This document shows positions 9,702 through 19,604 of a DNA stretch of 41,236 nt, piece after piece. The stretch is from a bacterium. Its GTDB lineage: Bacteria; UBA8248. The stretch covers positions 1 through 41,236 of the forward strand of contig CBDBZY010000025.1 in assembly GCA_965213685.1 (NCBI GenBank), in the 5' to 3' direction. The notes below the pieces were generated by a model. It did no database searches. It saw only the letters and a program-made list of their open reading frames with translations, and was not told the origin of the DNA. Positions within the stretch are counted from its first letter, which is position 1; the number at the start of each line of letters is the position of its first letter. The position numbers and the translations under genes are program-made.

Positions 9702-10391
9702 ATGGCGAACGAATCCCTCATCCTCCTCGCCAAGCCGCCCCGCCCCGGCCGGGTGAAGACGCGGCTCATCCCGACCCTCGGGGAGGAGGGTGCCGCGCGC
9801 CTGTACGCCTGTTTTCTGCGAGACGCCGCCGATGCGGCCCGCACCCTGCGCGGCGCGCGTCCGGGGGCCGCCCTCGTCTGCGAGTGGGCTCTCGAGCGAG
9901 GAGAGTCGCTCGGCCAATTTCCGCTGTCCGGGTGGCTGCCCGGCCCCTTCCTGCATCGCGCGCAAACGGGCGCGAACCTGGGCGAGCGCATGGCGGCGGC
10001 CCTGGGGCGATGCCTCGTGAGCGGGATGCGGGCCGTGCTCATCGGCACGGATTTTCCGGACCTGCCGCACGGCGTCCTGGCCAGGGCGTTTGAGAGCCTC
10101 GAGAGTGCCGACGCTCCTTGCGTCGCGCTTGGCCCCGCAGCGGACGGGGGCTACTACCTCATCGGCATGAACCGCTTTCGCCCCGAAATCTTCGGGGACA
10201 TCCCCTGGAGCACGCGCGCGGTACTATCCCGCACGACGCGGCGCGCGCGCGCGCTGGGTCTGTCCGCCGCGCTTCTGCCCGAATGGCGGGACACAGACGA
10301 CGCCCAGGATTTGCGGGCACTCGCAACCCGCCTGGCGGGCGCCTCGTGCGCCCCGCACACGCGGGGCTTTCTGGGCCGATGCGGTCTCTGA
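9702..10391 (+). CDS. DUF2064/TIGR04282-type glycosyltransferase (CofC-like fold)
   Basis: 'AKPPRPGRVKTRL', 'Q.G.NLGERM', 'LIGTDFPDL', 'LGPAADGGYYLIG', 'IPWST', 'DTDD..DL'. Confidence 0.9.
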   Translation: MANESLILLAKPPRPGRVKTRLIPTLGEEGAARLYACFLRDAADAARTLRGARPGAALVCEWALERGESLGQFPLSGWLPGPFLHRAQTGANLGERMAAALGRCLVSGMRAVLIGTDFPDLPHGVLARAFESLESADAPCVALGPAADGGYYLIGMNRFRPEIFGDIPWSTRAVLSRTTRRARALGLSAALLPEWRDTDDAQDLRALATRLAGASCAPHTRGFLGRCGL

Positions 10392-10631
10392 GTTCACTGA
10401 ATTCACGCGCGGAAATCTTTCCGGACAAGTTGCCCAAAACGTCCAAACTTGCGGCCCGCCCCCGACGGGTGGTATGTATGTGCGATGGAGAGAACGGTAT
10501 CGCCAAGCCCCTCCCCCCCGGTCCGTTTGCTCCGGTGTGGCGAGGCTTGAGGCTTGAACAAGTCCGCACCGGGCGGTGACGCCAAGCAGGCACCTCCGCC
10601 CGAACGGCAAATTGTACCCTTTTGCTTGAAG

Positions 10632-11169
10632 GAATACCTGAAAAGGCGGGCGGACCTGCGCAATGATGCGAACGCCTGAAAACGCGCGGGATGCGCTGCG
10701 CACGAGCGTCATTTTGATGCCCGGCGCGTTTGTTGGCAGATCGGGCGGGCGGTCTCTGGCGCGTCTGTTGGCGCACCCGCATTCGCTGGTCTAGGAAACC
10801 TCGGGAGTGAAGTAGTGGGTGAAGTAATGGAAGGTTTTGTGTTTTATGCGCTGCTCATTTCCGTTGCGCTTTTTGTCCTTGCGCTGATGCTTTGGGCTTT
10901 CCTGTGGGGCGTAAAGAACATACTGGAAGCGCTGATCGGAACGGGGCGCGCGATTGCGCGCCTGTTTCCTTATTTGGCGCGCTTCGCCCGCGCAAGGCCT
11001 ATCCTTACGCCTTTCCTGCTTTTCCTTGGGCTGAGAGCTGCTGGATGGTAATCTACGGCTGGCTTACGTGGATGGGATTTATTGATGGGAATTTAATACG
11101 AATACCTGAAAACGCGGGCGGGCCTGCGCAATGATGCGAACGCCTGAAAACGCGCGGGATGCGCTGCGC
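10632..11169 (+). repeat. 70-bp direct repeat pair (10632-10701 and 11100-11169), 2 mismatches
   Basis: GAATACCTGAAAA(G/C)GCGGGCGG(A/G)CCTGCGCAATGATGCGAACGCCTGAAAACGCGCGGGATGCGCTGCGC read at both positions, offset 468 bp. Confidence 0.95.
10815..11134 (+). CDS. Small hypothetical membrane protein, possibly frameshifted near 11035
   Basis: ORF 10815-11051 has two hydrophobic segments. An overlapping frame continues hydrophobically ('CWMVIYGWLTWMGFI') to a TGA at 11134 inside repeat copy 2. Confidence 0.45.
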
Positions 11170-11347
11170 GCTGGCGGGCGGATGGCGCGCCATTGATGGG
11201 CGCGTTCCTGGCGCGTTCGCGGCCCATAGCCAACACAACACATTCGGGCGTCCTTCCTTCTTTGGCTTTACGCTGGCGCGCGGGCTGGGCATACGGCGCG
11301 CGCCGATCTCAACAAACGATTCGCCGCATGGAAGGAGAACAGAGGGC

Positions 11348-12415
11348 GTGAAACGGCGACTGACTCCGGCACTCATACTCATCGGCGCGCTGACCCTTGT
11401 CGGCTGTGCCCCGAGGAGCAACTTTCCGGACGTTGACGAGCGACTCGCGCGAGCCGAAGCGCGCAAGCAGCGGATCGTGGCGATGAAAAGTCAGCTGCGC
11501 CACGACAAACGGATCTGGAACGTCGCCTCCCGGATATTGGCTGCCAACGCCGCACTCTGCGGCGAGAAGGTCATGAAACATTTGGGCGTGAAGGCCTCCA
11601 CGCTCGAGCACTATGGCACTGAATGGCGGGAAATCGCACGCACCGAGTTTGGCGTCGGTGCTCACCTTACCATCAACCATGTCGCCGAAGACTCCCCGGC
11701 CCAAGTCGCCGGCCTCGGGGCGGGTGACATGATTTTGCGCCTGGATGGCGAAACCCTCGGAACCGGCGAACGCGCGGTGCAAAAAATCGCCGCCGCGATG
11801 CGGCGGGGGGACAACCGGGGTGCGGACATGACGCTCAAGATAAAGCGTCGGGGCGAGGAACGCTCCGTCATCGTCAAATCCGTTGCCGCCTGCGATTATC
11901 CGGTCGTCCTCATCAACAAGGACGTCGTCAACGCCTGGGCGGACGGAACGAAAATTTACATCACCACCGGAATGCTCCGCTTCATCGAGAGCGACGAGGA
12001 GCTCGCCCTCATCATCGGGCACGAGCTGGCGCACAACACGCGCGGCCATATCCAATCCAAGCTGGGCAACCAGCTCATCGGCGCCATCTTCGGGGCGATC
12101 GTCACCGCCTACTCGGGCGTGGATGTAGTGAACCTCGGCACACAGGCGGGCCGCCACGCCTTTTCCCAGGAATTCGAGGCGGAGGCGGATTACGTCGGCG
12201 TGTATTACGCCGGGCGCGCAGGATACGATCTCACGGAAGCGGCGTCTTTCTGGCGCCGTCTCGCCGCATCGCACCCGGAGGCGATACATCTTGCGGGCTC
12301 CACGCACCCCTCCACGGCGAAACGCTTCCTGGCGATAGAGCGGGCGGTTGCGGAATTCGAGCACAAGCGAAAGAACCGTCTGCCGCTGATCCCGGACGAA
12401 CGCGCGAATCCTTAG
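11348..12415 (+). CDS. M48 family zinc metallopeptidase with PDZ domain, lipoprotein
   Basis: Lipobox 'LVGC', PDZ 'SPAQVAGL.AGDMI..LDG', 'VNAWA', 'IGHELAH', 'E.EADY.G', 'STHP'. Confidence 0.92.
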   Translation: MKRRLTPALILIGALTLVGCAPRSNFPDVDERLARAEARKQRIVAMKSQLRHDKRIWNVASRILAANAALCGEKVMKHLGVKASTLEHYGTEWREIARTEFGVGAHLTINHVAEDSPAQVAGLGAGDMILRLDGETLGTGERAVQKIAAAMRRGDNRGADMTLKIKRRGEERSVIVKSVAACDYPVVLINKDVVNAWADGTKIYITTGMLRFIESDEELALIIGHELAHNTRGHIQSKLGNQLIGAIFGAIVTAYSGVDVVNLGTQAGRHAFSQEFEAEADYVGVYYAGRAGYDLTEAASFWRRLAASHPEAIHLAGSTHPSTAKRFLAIERAVAEFEHKRKNRLPLIPDERANP

Positions 12416-12478
12416 GGACAGCCACAGGCGCCTCCACGGATGGCTAGCCGCGTCGTGCGCATCCACGGGGGAAGCGGA

Positions 12479-13381
12479 ATGGCCATCGCCCTCCTCGTGT
12501 CGCTCCTCCTGTCCTCGGGCTGTGGCGGCGGCCTCCTCTCCCTCCCCAGCCTCATCGTCCCTCCCAAAGCGACCGGGGCCGCTCCGGAGCCGCCCCGTCC
12601 ACAGAAGAAAGCGGAGGCGGGCCACTTCTTCCGCATCCTCACGCTCCCCACCTACGAGATGGCGAAAGAGGCTTTTGACAAGACCGCGATTCTCGACGTC
12701 CCCTTCCACAAGGTGGCGGAGGAATTCCGAGAAAACGCGCGCAGCGTCCGGGAAGCGGAGTTCTCCGCGCTCAGCCCCGCCATCCAGGCCGAGGTGCGGG
12801 ACCTGCGGCTCGGACAAACCTCGAGAATCGTCCAGTCCCGGGAGGGATTTTCCATTCTCCGGAAAACCACGAGCGCGTTTTACGAGCGCGCCCTCCAGCT
12901 GCTGGAGCGGAAGGATGACAAGCCCGCCCTGCAACTCCTCCGACGCGAGCTCGCACTCAACCCCGACAACCTGGACGCATGGCTCGCCCTCGCGGGGATG
13001 ATGGACAATCTGGGCAACCTCGAGGAAGCCATCGCCGCCTACCGCAGGGCACGGGCGCTCGCCCCCGAGAACCCGATTGTCTCGAACAAATACGCCCGAT
13101 ACCTCGCCTCGCAATACCGCTACGAAGAGGCCGAAAAAATTCTGAAAGAGGCGGAGACAAAATCGCCGCGCGACGCCCCCGTGCTGCTGAATCTCGCCTC
13201 TTTGCTCGTCTATCTGAACAAGGACCTGGACTTCGCCTCCCGCCTGATCGCGCGCGGTGCGGAAATCGACCCGGGCCGCGCGGACTGGTATCGACTCTCG
13301 GGCATCATCCAGAAAAGGCGGGAGATGGGAATCGCCCCCGGTGCGAAAGCACCGCGCACCGAAGAGAAGAGAGGCGAATAG
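12479..13381 (+). CDS. Lipoprotein with parvulin/PPIase-like segment and TPR repeats
   Basis: Lipobox 'LSSGC'. 'F.KVAEEF...L..GQTS.IVQS.EGFSIL' resembles the rotamase C-terminus. TPRs 'ALNPDNLDAW..LA' and 'AIAAYRRARALAPEN'. Confidence 0.75.
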   Translation: MAIALLVSLLLSSGCGGGLLSLPSLIVPPKATGAAPEPPRPQKKAEAGHFFRILTLPTYEMAKEAFDKTAILDVPFHKVAEEFRENARSVREAEFSALSPAIQAEVRDLRLGQTSRIVQSREGFSILRKTTSAFYERALQLLERKDDKPALQLLRRELALNPDNLDAWLALAGMMDNLGNLEEAIAAYRRARALAPENPIVSNKYARYLASQYRYEEAEKILKEAETKSPRDAPVLLNLASLLVYLNKDLDFASRLIARGAEIDPGRADWYRLSGIIQKRREMGIAPGAKAPRTEEKRGE

Positions 13382-13583
13382 GCCGCAGGCAAGCGCGGAC
13401 ACCCCCCGAACCGGCCGAACCGACATTCCGCCCGCCCGAGGGTTTCATTTGGACTAAGGCGGCCGCGCACGGCCTCCGGTGCTGTCCCCTGATTGTCCCC
13501 CGGTGCGCGCATGCGTCATAATGCCCCCGGTTTCGGGTCACGCGCGACACTTCACGCTTCACGCCAGACAAAGGGGTATCCAG

Positions 13584-14936
13584 ATGGGCTGCGAGCTTTT
13601 GATCAAGAACGCGAGAATCGTGACGCCCGGCGGCACCTACGCGGGCTGTGCGCAGGTGGAGGGGGGGCGGATTTCCGCCATCACGCAAGAGGCGGGGGGG
13701 AGTGCGAGGCGGGAGATAGACGCCGGCGGACGTTTCCTGCTGCCGGGCATGGTGGATGAGCACGTCCACATGATGGACCCGGGCTTCACCGAGAGGGAGG
13801 ACTGGACGACGGGAACCGAGGCGGCGGCCAGGGGCGGCGTCACCACGGTGATCGACCACCACAGGAGCGATCCGCTCGTCTACACCAGAGAGATTCTGGA
13901 GGAGAAGACCGCATACATCGACTCGCGCGCGGTGGTGGACTTCGGCCAGCTGGGCGGCCTCGACGTCGATAACCTCGCCCACCTCCGCCCCATGTGGGAG
14001 GGCGGCGCGCTCGGGTTCAAGGGGTTCATGTGCGAGCTGCACGGCGTGCCCGACCTGTCCGAAGGCCTGCTCCTGAACATCATGCGCGAGGCGCGGACGT
14101 TCGGGGCCACGGTGATGCTTCATTGCGAGAGCGACTCCATCCTGAAAAAATCCAAGGACCGCATCGACGGCAGGACGGACTACATGTGCATCAGCGACTG
14201 GCGAAACCCCGAGAGCGAGTATGTGGCGACGATGGACGCCGTGGCCCTCGCCGAGCTCACCGGTTGCACCGTCCTCGTGGCACACGTGAGCCAGCCCGCC
14301 CTGCTCAAGGCCATCCAGGCGGCGCGCAGGCGCGGGGCCAGGATTTTCGCCGAAAGCTGCCCCCAGTATTTCTATCTGGACCACTCCCACCTGGAGAAGC
14401 TGGGCCCGTTCGTGAAGTTCACGCCGGTGATTCGCTCGCCAGAGACGCGCCAGGGGATGCGCGAGGCACTCGGGCGCGACATGGTGGACACCATCGGCAC
14501 CGACCACTGCCCCTTTCCCCGCCAGAGGAAGGAAGACGGCATCGACAACATCCACGAGGCCCCCTTCGGCATACCGGGGGTGGAGACGACGACGCGCCTC
14601 ATGCTGAACGCCGTGAGCGAGGGGGTGCTGACCTTGAACCAGCTGGTGAGAATCTGCTGTGAGCAACCCGCGCGCCTCTTCCACCTCTATCCCCGCAAGG
14701 GGTGCATCCAGGTGGGGGCGGATGCGGATTTCCTCCTCGTGGACATGGAGCGGGAGGAGACGCTGCGCGACGCCGAAGTCGTCTCCAAGTGCGGATGGAC
14801 GCCGTTTGACGGCTGGAAGGTCAGGGGCGCGCCGGTGATGACGATAGTGCGCGGCGAGGTCGTGATGGAGGACGGCGAGGTCTGCGGACGGGCGGGATAC
14901 GGCGAAAGCGTGAAGCGCGTGGATTCCAGCGGCTGA
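13584..14936 (+). CDS. Cyclic amidohydrolase (dihydroorotase/allantoinase family)
   Basis: 'PGMVDEHVH', 'AARGGVTT', carbamylated Lys 'GFKGF', 'HCE', 'HVS', 'GTDHCP', 'G.PGVET'. Confidence 0.92.
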   Translation: MGCELLIKNARIVTPGGTYAGCAQVEGGRISAITQEAGGSARREIDAGGRFLLPGMVDEHVHMMDPGFTEREDWTTGTEAAARGGVTTVIDHHRSDPLVYTREILEEKTAYIDSRAVVDFGQLGGLDVDNLAHLRPMWEGGALGFKGFMCELHGVPDLSEGLLLNIMREARTFGATVMLHCESDSILKKSKDRIDGRTDYMCISDWRNPESEYVATMDAVALAELTGCTVLVAHVSQPALLKAIQAARRRGARIFAESCPQYFYLDHSHLEKLGPFVKFTPVIRSPETRQGMREALGRDMVDTIGTDHCPFPRQRKEDGIDNIHEAPFGIPGVETTTRLMLNAVSEGVLTLNQLVRICCEQPARLFHLYPRKGCIQVGADADFLLVDMEREETLRDAEVVSKCGWTPFDGWKVRGAPVMTIVRGEVVMEDGEVCGRAGYGESVKRVDSSG

Positions 14937-14937
14937 T

Positions 14938-16020
14938 TCAGCATCGTCGCGCCTCGTCTGGCGAGACGCCGGGCGCATCGCCTCTTTTCTCCGACTCCAG
15001 CAATTTTTTCTTGCGCTCCACCCCCCAGCGATACCCCGCCAGGGCGCCATCCGTCCGCACCACCCGGTGGCACGGAACGAGCAGCGCCACGGGGTTCTCG
15101 GCGCAGGCCCTCCCGACGGCCCGGGCGCCCCTCTCCAGACCCAGGTCCTCCGCTATCTCCTTGTACGTCATCGTCGCTCCGGGGGGAATGGCTTTCAGCC
15201 GCTCCCACACCCGGCACTGAAAAGCGGTGGCGCGCACATCGAGCGGCAAGGATTCGTCGGACTGCGGACCGCCTTCTGCGACGCGCGAAACGAAGCGCAA
15301 GTATTCCTTCATGTATTTATCGCTACGTCGCAGATTCGCATGGGGAAACTCTTTTTCGATATCCAGAACCAACTCCCGCTCCGTTCCGCCAAGGCTCACG
15401 CGGCACACCCCCCTGTTCGTCACCGCGACCAACAGGCGGCCCAATCGGCACCTCGTGATTCCATACCGGATCGAAACGCCATTCCCGCCCTTTTGATAGG
15501 TCGCGGGCGTCATGCCCAGATAGCCCGACGCGCGCTCATACACCCGGCTGGCCGAACCATAGCCGGCCGCGTAGCAGGCGCCCGCCAGATCGTGCCCGCC
15601 TCGCAGCAGATTCTTGTACTTCCGCATCCGGAGCGAATCGACGTATTGGCGCGGACTCACGCCCAGCGTCCGCTTGAAAGCGCGCTGCAAGTGATGCGGA
15701 CTCAAGCCGGCGCGGCGCCCCAACTCCTTCAGGGTCGGGTTCTCATCCACGTGCTCCTCGATGTGCCGAAGCGCCCTGCGCACCTTGTCGAGACGGGGAT
15801 CGGACGCGGCGTCCCGAGGAGCGCACCGCAGGCAAGGCCGGAATCCCCCCTCCTCCGCCAGTTCCGGGAAGTCAAAGACGATGACGTTTTCTCGTCGCGG
15901 CTTTCGGCTCGCGCACGAGGGCCGGCAATAAATTCCGGTAGTGCGCACGGCGTACACAAAACGGCCGTCCGCCCGAACGTCCCGCCTGAGAATCGCTTCC
16001 CACTCCGCATCCATATCCAT
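14938..16020 (-). CDS. ada: Bifunctional Ada regulator / O6-methylguanine-DNA methyltransferase
   Basis: Zn finger 'TTGIYCRPSC...FRPCLRC', AraC-type HTH and active site 'VPCHRV'. Confidence 0.96.
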   Translation of the reverse strand: MDMDAEWEAILRRDVRADGRFVYAVRTTGIYCRPSCASRKPRRENVIVFDFPELAEEGGFRPCLRCAPRDAASDPRLDKVRRALRHIEEHVDENPTLKELGRRAGLSPHHLQRAFKRTLGVSPRQYVDSLRMRKYKNLLRGGHDLAGACYAAGYGSASRVYERASGYLGMTPATYQKGGNGVSIRYGITRCRLGRLLVAVTNRGVCRVSLGGTERELVLDIEKEFPHANLRRSDKYMKEYLRFVSRVAEGGPQSDESLPLDVRATAFQCRVWERLKAIPPGATMTYKEIAEDLGLERGARAVGRACAENPVALLVPCHRVVRTDGALAGYRWGVERKKKLLESEKRGDAPGVSPDEARRC

Positions 16021-16183
16021 CTTCCCGCCTCCTCCCCCGCCAATGAGCGATTACACGCCTTCATCGCCAACCTAACCGCCGGGCCGGGAGGGTTCTATCC
16101 GATTCTTGCTCTCAAACCATATTTTTCGCTCTGAGCGGCGGCAAAACCGGGCTTTGGAGACTTCGGGTCGGGCGGACGCGCGC

Positions 16184-17869
16184 TCATATGCCCGAGCGGA
16201 ACACCACCTTTCCGCCCACCATCGTGAGCAAGGGCTTGATGTCCCTGATGCGCTCTGCGGGGATGGTCATGTAGTCCCTGTCGAGTGCGACCATATCGGC
16301 CAGCTTGCCCTTTTCGATGGATCCCAACTCGTCTTCCTTGAACAGCAAGTATGCGTTTGACCGCGTGTGGGCGATGAGCGCATTTTTTCTGGAGACGGTT
16401 TCGGTTGCCGCAAGCGCGACCTCCCCGCTCAAGTCCCTGCCCGTAACAGCCCACCAAAGAGAGAGCAGCGGCGGATACGGGGCCACGACGCCGGCGTCCG
16501 TCCCGAGTCCCCAGACAACCCCGCTGTTCTGCACCGTTCGCAGCGGCGGCAGGGAAAGCGCCCGGTCGCCCAGTCTCCGCCTGAGGGCGGCGCCCAGAAT
16601 GGTCATCTTGCTGTGCAGGGCCAAAGTCATGCCGAGCGCTTTGGTGCGTTCGACGTTTCGCTTCGAGATGAAATCCGCATGGTGAATCGACCAGCGCAAA
16701 TGCGTCATTTTCTTTCTTCGGTTGAGGCGCTCGAATATGTGCAGATACCGCGTGATCGTGCTGTCCCGAAAAGCATGTTCGTGAACTGTCCAGCCTCCGT
16801 CGACGGCCGCCTCGGATACTTTTGCGAATTCCTCATAATCCGCATCCGATGCGCGCGAGGGCCGGAAGGGCGAATCATGAATGGGCGCATACAGATGCTC
16901 TCCCAGTGCGATTTCCCCCATCATTTTTACAGATTTCTCGGGACGGGACGCGCGAATTCTTTTTATTACCTCCTTATTTTTCTCAGGCGTGCGAACCCGA
17001 AAGCGCGGCGTGTGAAATATCCGCACCGTGAGGCCGTTGCGCCGGGCCAGCCTTTTCCGGATCAGTTCGTAGGTCTCGTCCCGGACGCCGCCGCCGCCCA
17101 ACTCCAGCAGGCTCGTGACGCCGACGCGGTTAAACGCCGCCATCATCTTTCGCATGCCGGAGATGATTTTATCTTCCGTGACTTCGGGCAGCGCGCGGCG
17201 CCAGAAGTGGAAAATGGCCCGGCGGCCAAAAATAACGCCCGTGGGACTTCCGGAATCGCTCCTCGCTATGCGCCAGCCTCTCCGATCGCCCGCGCTCTCG
17301 TCTATGCCCGCCCTCTGGAGGGCCAGACTATTCAGAATCATCAATCGATAGGATTGCTGCACAAAAACCGGATTGTTCGGGGCCGCCCTGTCCAGCTCCG
17401 CCTTCGTGAACAACCCCGGCTTGTCGCGAAACTGCTCGGGGCTCCATCCCCCGATGACGAGCACCCATTGCCCAGGCCGCATGGATTTCGCCTTGGAAGA
17501 AATGACGGAAAGCGCTTTCGCGCGCGACACAATCCCGTCGATTCTTGCCTCATGCTCCCAGCGCAGCGCATGGCGGACGAAATGAACGTGGTTGTCAATC
17601 AGGCCCGGGATGAGCGTCTTGCCCTGGAGGTCGATGACCCGCGTGTCCGCCCCTATCCATGGACGTATCCGGGAATTGCTCCCCACGGACACAATGCGCT
17701 CGCCCCGCACGGCCACCGCCTGCTGGGTGGAAAAATTCGCATCGACCGTCAGCACCTTCCCGTTCACCAAAGCGACATCGGCTGATTCGGCGAAGGAGTC
17801 GGCCGGGAGAATCCCGGAAACAACAAGCGCGACGGCGCATGCGGTGGTTCGGAAAATCATGAAAATCAT
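16184..17869 (-). CDS. Secreted amidohydrolase (Amidohydro_3/YtcJ-like)
   Basis: Signal-peptide-like N-terminus, 'PGLIDNHVH', 'LGTDA', 'GSIEKGKLAD', 'TMVGGKVVF'; GGAGG RBS before ATG 17869. Confidence 0.9.
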   Translation of the reverse strand: MIFMIFRTTACAVALVVSGILPADSFAESADVALVNGKVLTVDANFSTQQAVAVRGERIVSVGSNSRIRPWIGADTRVIDLQGKTLIPGLIDNHVHFVRHALRWEHEARIDGIVSRAKALSVISSKAKSMRPGQWVLVIGGWSPEQFRDKPGLFTKAELDRAAPNNPVFVQQSYRLMILNSLALQRAGIDESAGDRRGWRIARSDSGSPTGVIFGRRAIFHFWRRALPEVTEDKIISGMRKMMAAFNRVGVTSLLELGGGGVRDETYELIRKRLARRNGLTVRIFHTPRFRVRTPEKNKEVIKRIRASRPEKSVKMMGEIALGEHLYAPIHDSPFRPSRASDADYEEFAKVSEAAVDGGWTVHEHAFRDSTITRYLHIFERLNRRKKMTHLRWSIHHADFISKRNVERTKALGMTLALHSKMTILGAALRRRLGDRALSLPPLRTVQNSGVVWGLGTDAGVVAPYPPLLSLWWAVTGRDLSGEVALAATETVSRKNALIAHTRSNAYLLFKEDELGSIEKGKLADMVALDRDYMTIPAERIRDIKPLLTMVGGKVVFRSGI

Positions 17870-17893
17870 ATGACCCGCCTCCTGCATGTCAGG

Positions 17894-17996
17894 GAAACAG
17901 TCTCCACTCGCCAGCCCGCCGGAAAAGCCGGAAGAGCTAAAAAAGCGCCGGCGCGCCCCTCTTCAGTCTCCGGGATGAAACAGTCTCCACTCGCCA
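17894..17996. repeat. Perfect 20-bp direct repeat GAAACAGTCTCCACTCGCCA (17894-17913 and 17977-17996)
   Basis: Read directly from the sequence; lies just upstream of the amidohydrolase RBS. Confidence 0.9.
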
Positions 17997-18471
17997 CCGG
18001 CGCCCCCATTCCCGCCTCCCGCAAGCGCGCGAACGCTCGGGACGCAGGGAGCCGCTTGTGCGGAACGTTCGGCCCACCAGTTTTTTCCGGCTCGTTCTCG
18101 ATGGCGACGCCGGTTCATTTTCCTTCCGTTGATCCGCCTGCTGGATATGTTATGGATAACAGTGGCGGCGAAGAAACGATCTCCTGACCTTACCCGCAAC
18201 GGGGGAGATTCCCAAACGCCCCCGTTTCGCGCTTCTTCGTTTTGCCTCCGGGGAAGGGGGCGGGAGAATTCTCTCGCCAAAGTCCGCAAAGGATGTACAA
18301 TAGGAGCCGGGAATCGCGCCGGCGCCTGTCCAGACGGCCGGCAAAGAGACGGATCGCCATCCAGGGCCGCGCCCTCCACGGATGCACGAGTCCTGAACGC
18401 GCCGCCCGGGAGGTTTTTTGGGGGAGAGGTTTTTCCGGCGGGGCGACCATCATTCCGGAGGAGGATGAAAA

Positions 18472-19482
18472 TTGAACCATTCCCAAGGAAAAAACGGGCC
18501 AACATCCAGACCCAAAACAAGCGTGGCGCCGGTCACGGTGATTCGCTTCGCCGAACTCGTCCCTGACTGGGGCGAATACCACGAATCCCACATGGCGGGG
18601 AACCATCGGGCAATTTACCGATACATCGGCGGCATCTCCGGCCAAAACCTCCGCGCTCCCCTCCCTGGCTGGGACTTCACCTGCGGCATCGCCATGACTC
18701 CCCCAAAAAATGGCGCGCCGCTTCACGATCATCCGGACGAGGAAATTTTTATGGTCTGGGAGGGCGAATTCGAGATATATTGGGAGGACGCCCCCGCCGG
18801 AAACCTCCGAAGCGTAACGCTCGGGAAATATGATCTGATTCGCGTTCCCTCCGGCGTCATGCGCGGCTTCAGAAACACCGGAGACGCGGACGGGTTTCTG
18901 CATTTCATCCACGGGCAGGGCGACTATCAATATCCCCGCTACCACGAATCCCTGCGAGAGGGTCTGCCCGATGACGCGCGCAGGGACGCGTACGTGCGGC
19001 AGCCCGCCTACGATCCCGCCACCCAGCTGGTCCGCTTCGCGGAATGTCCGCGCAACTGGGACGTCTACCATGAGGCGAAACTCCCCGCAGGAACCCGGTC
19101 TCTCAGGCGCTATATCGGCGGCGTATCCGGCGACAGGGACGAGGGGCCGCCGCCCTCCCTGTCCGAGGGAGAGATAGGGTATGCGATGGTGGAGTGCGGC
19201 AACGGCCGGGGCGCGCCGCTCCATGATCATCCCTGCGAGGAGCTTTTCATCCCCCTCGAAGGCAAATGGGTGGTCTATTGGCTGGATGCGCGCGACAGGA
19301 CGCAGCAAGCCGTTCTCGACCCATGGGACGCCTGCTGGGTGCCCAGCGGCGTGCAGCGCGGCTTTCGGAACGCAGGGCGGCGCGAAGGCAAAATCCACAT
19401 CATCCAAGGCCAGGGAAGCACCCCGGCCCCCGATTATACGGAGGATTATTCCGCGCTAAAGGAAAACGCCGCCGCGAAATAA
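18472..19482 (+). CDS. Bicupin (two cupin domains)
   Basis: Two homologous halves, each with 'GAPLHDHP.EE.F...EG' and 'VPSGV.RGFRN.G'; GGAGGAGG RBS. Confidence 0.88.
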   Translation: MNHSQGKNGPTSRPKTSVAPVTVIRFAELVPDWGEYHESHMAGNHRAIYRYIGGISGQNLRAPLPGWDFTCGIAMTPPKNGAPLHDHPDEEIFMVWEGEFEIYWEDAPAGNLRSVTLGKYDLIRVPSGVMRGFRNTGDADGFLHFIHGQGDYQYPRYHESLREGLPDDARRDAYVRQPAYDPATQLVRFAECPRNWDVYHEAKLPAGTRSLRRYIGGVSGDRDEGPPPSLSEGEIGYAMVECGNGRGAPLHDHPCEELFIPLEGKWVVYWLDARDRTQQAVLDPWDACWVPSGVQRGFRNAGRREGKIHIIQGQGSTPAPDYTEDYSALKENAAAK

Positions 19483-19604
19483 TAGGAAACGGAAGGTGCG
19501 GGAGCGGTTGATGCCGCTTCGCGCATCCTGCAGGCTATCGCCCCGGCGATCATCTCTGGCGATCCATCTCTTGCTTGTCTTTCTTGTCGAGGAGCCCTCC
19601 CCCC

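Noticed and set aside
10632-11169. 70-bp repeats as a CRISPR array or integron attC sites
   Set aside because: Only two copies with a ~400-bp spacer, no cas or intI gene, and no RYYYAAC/GTTRRRY ends.
17890-18000. Tandem glycine riboswitch or sigma54 promoter
   Set aside because: The GGAGA repeats lack the remaining glycine aptamer core, and TGGC is not followed by a correctly spaced TTGC.
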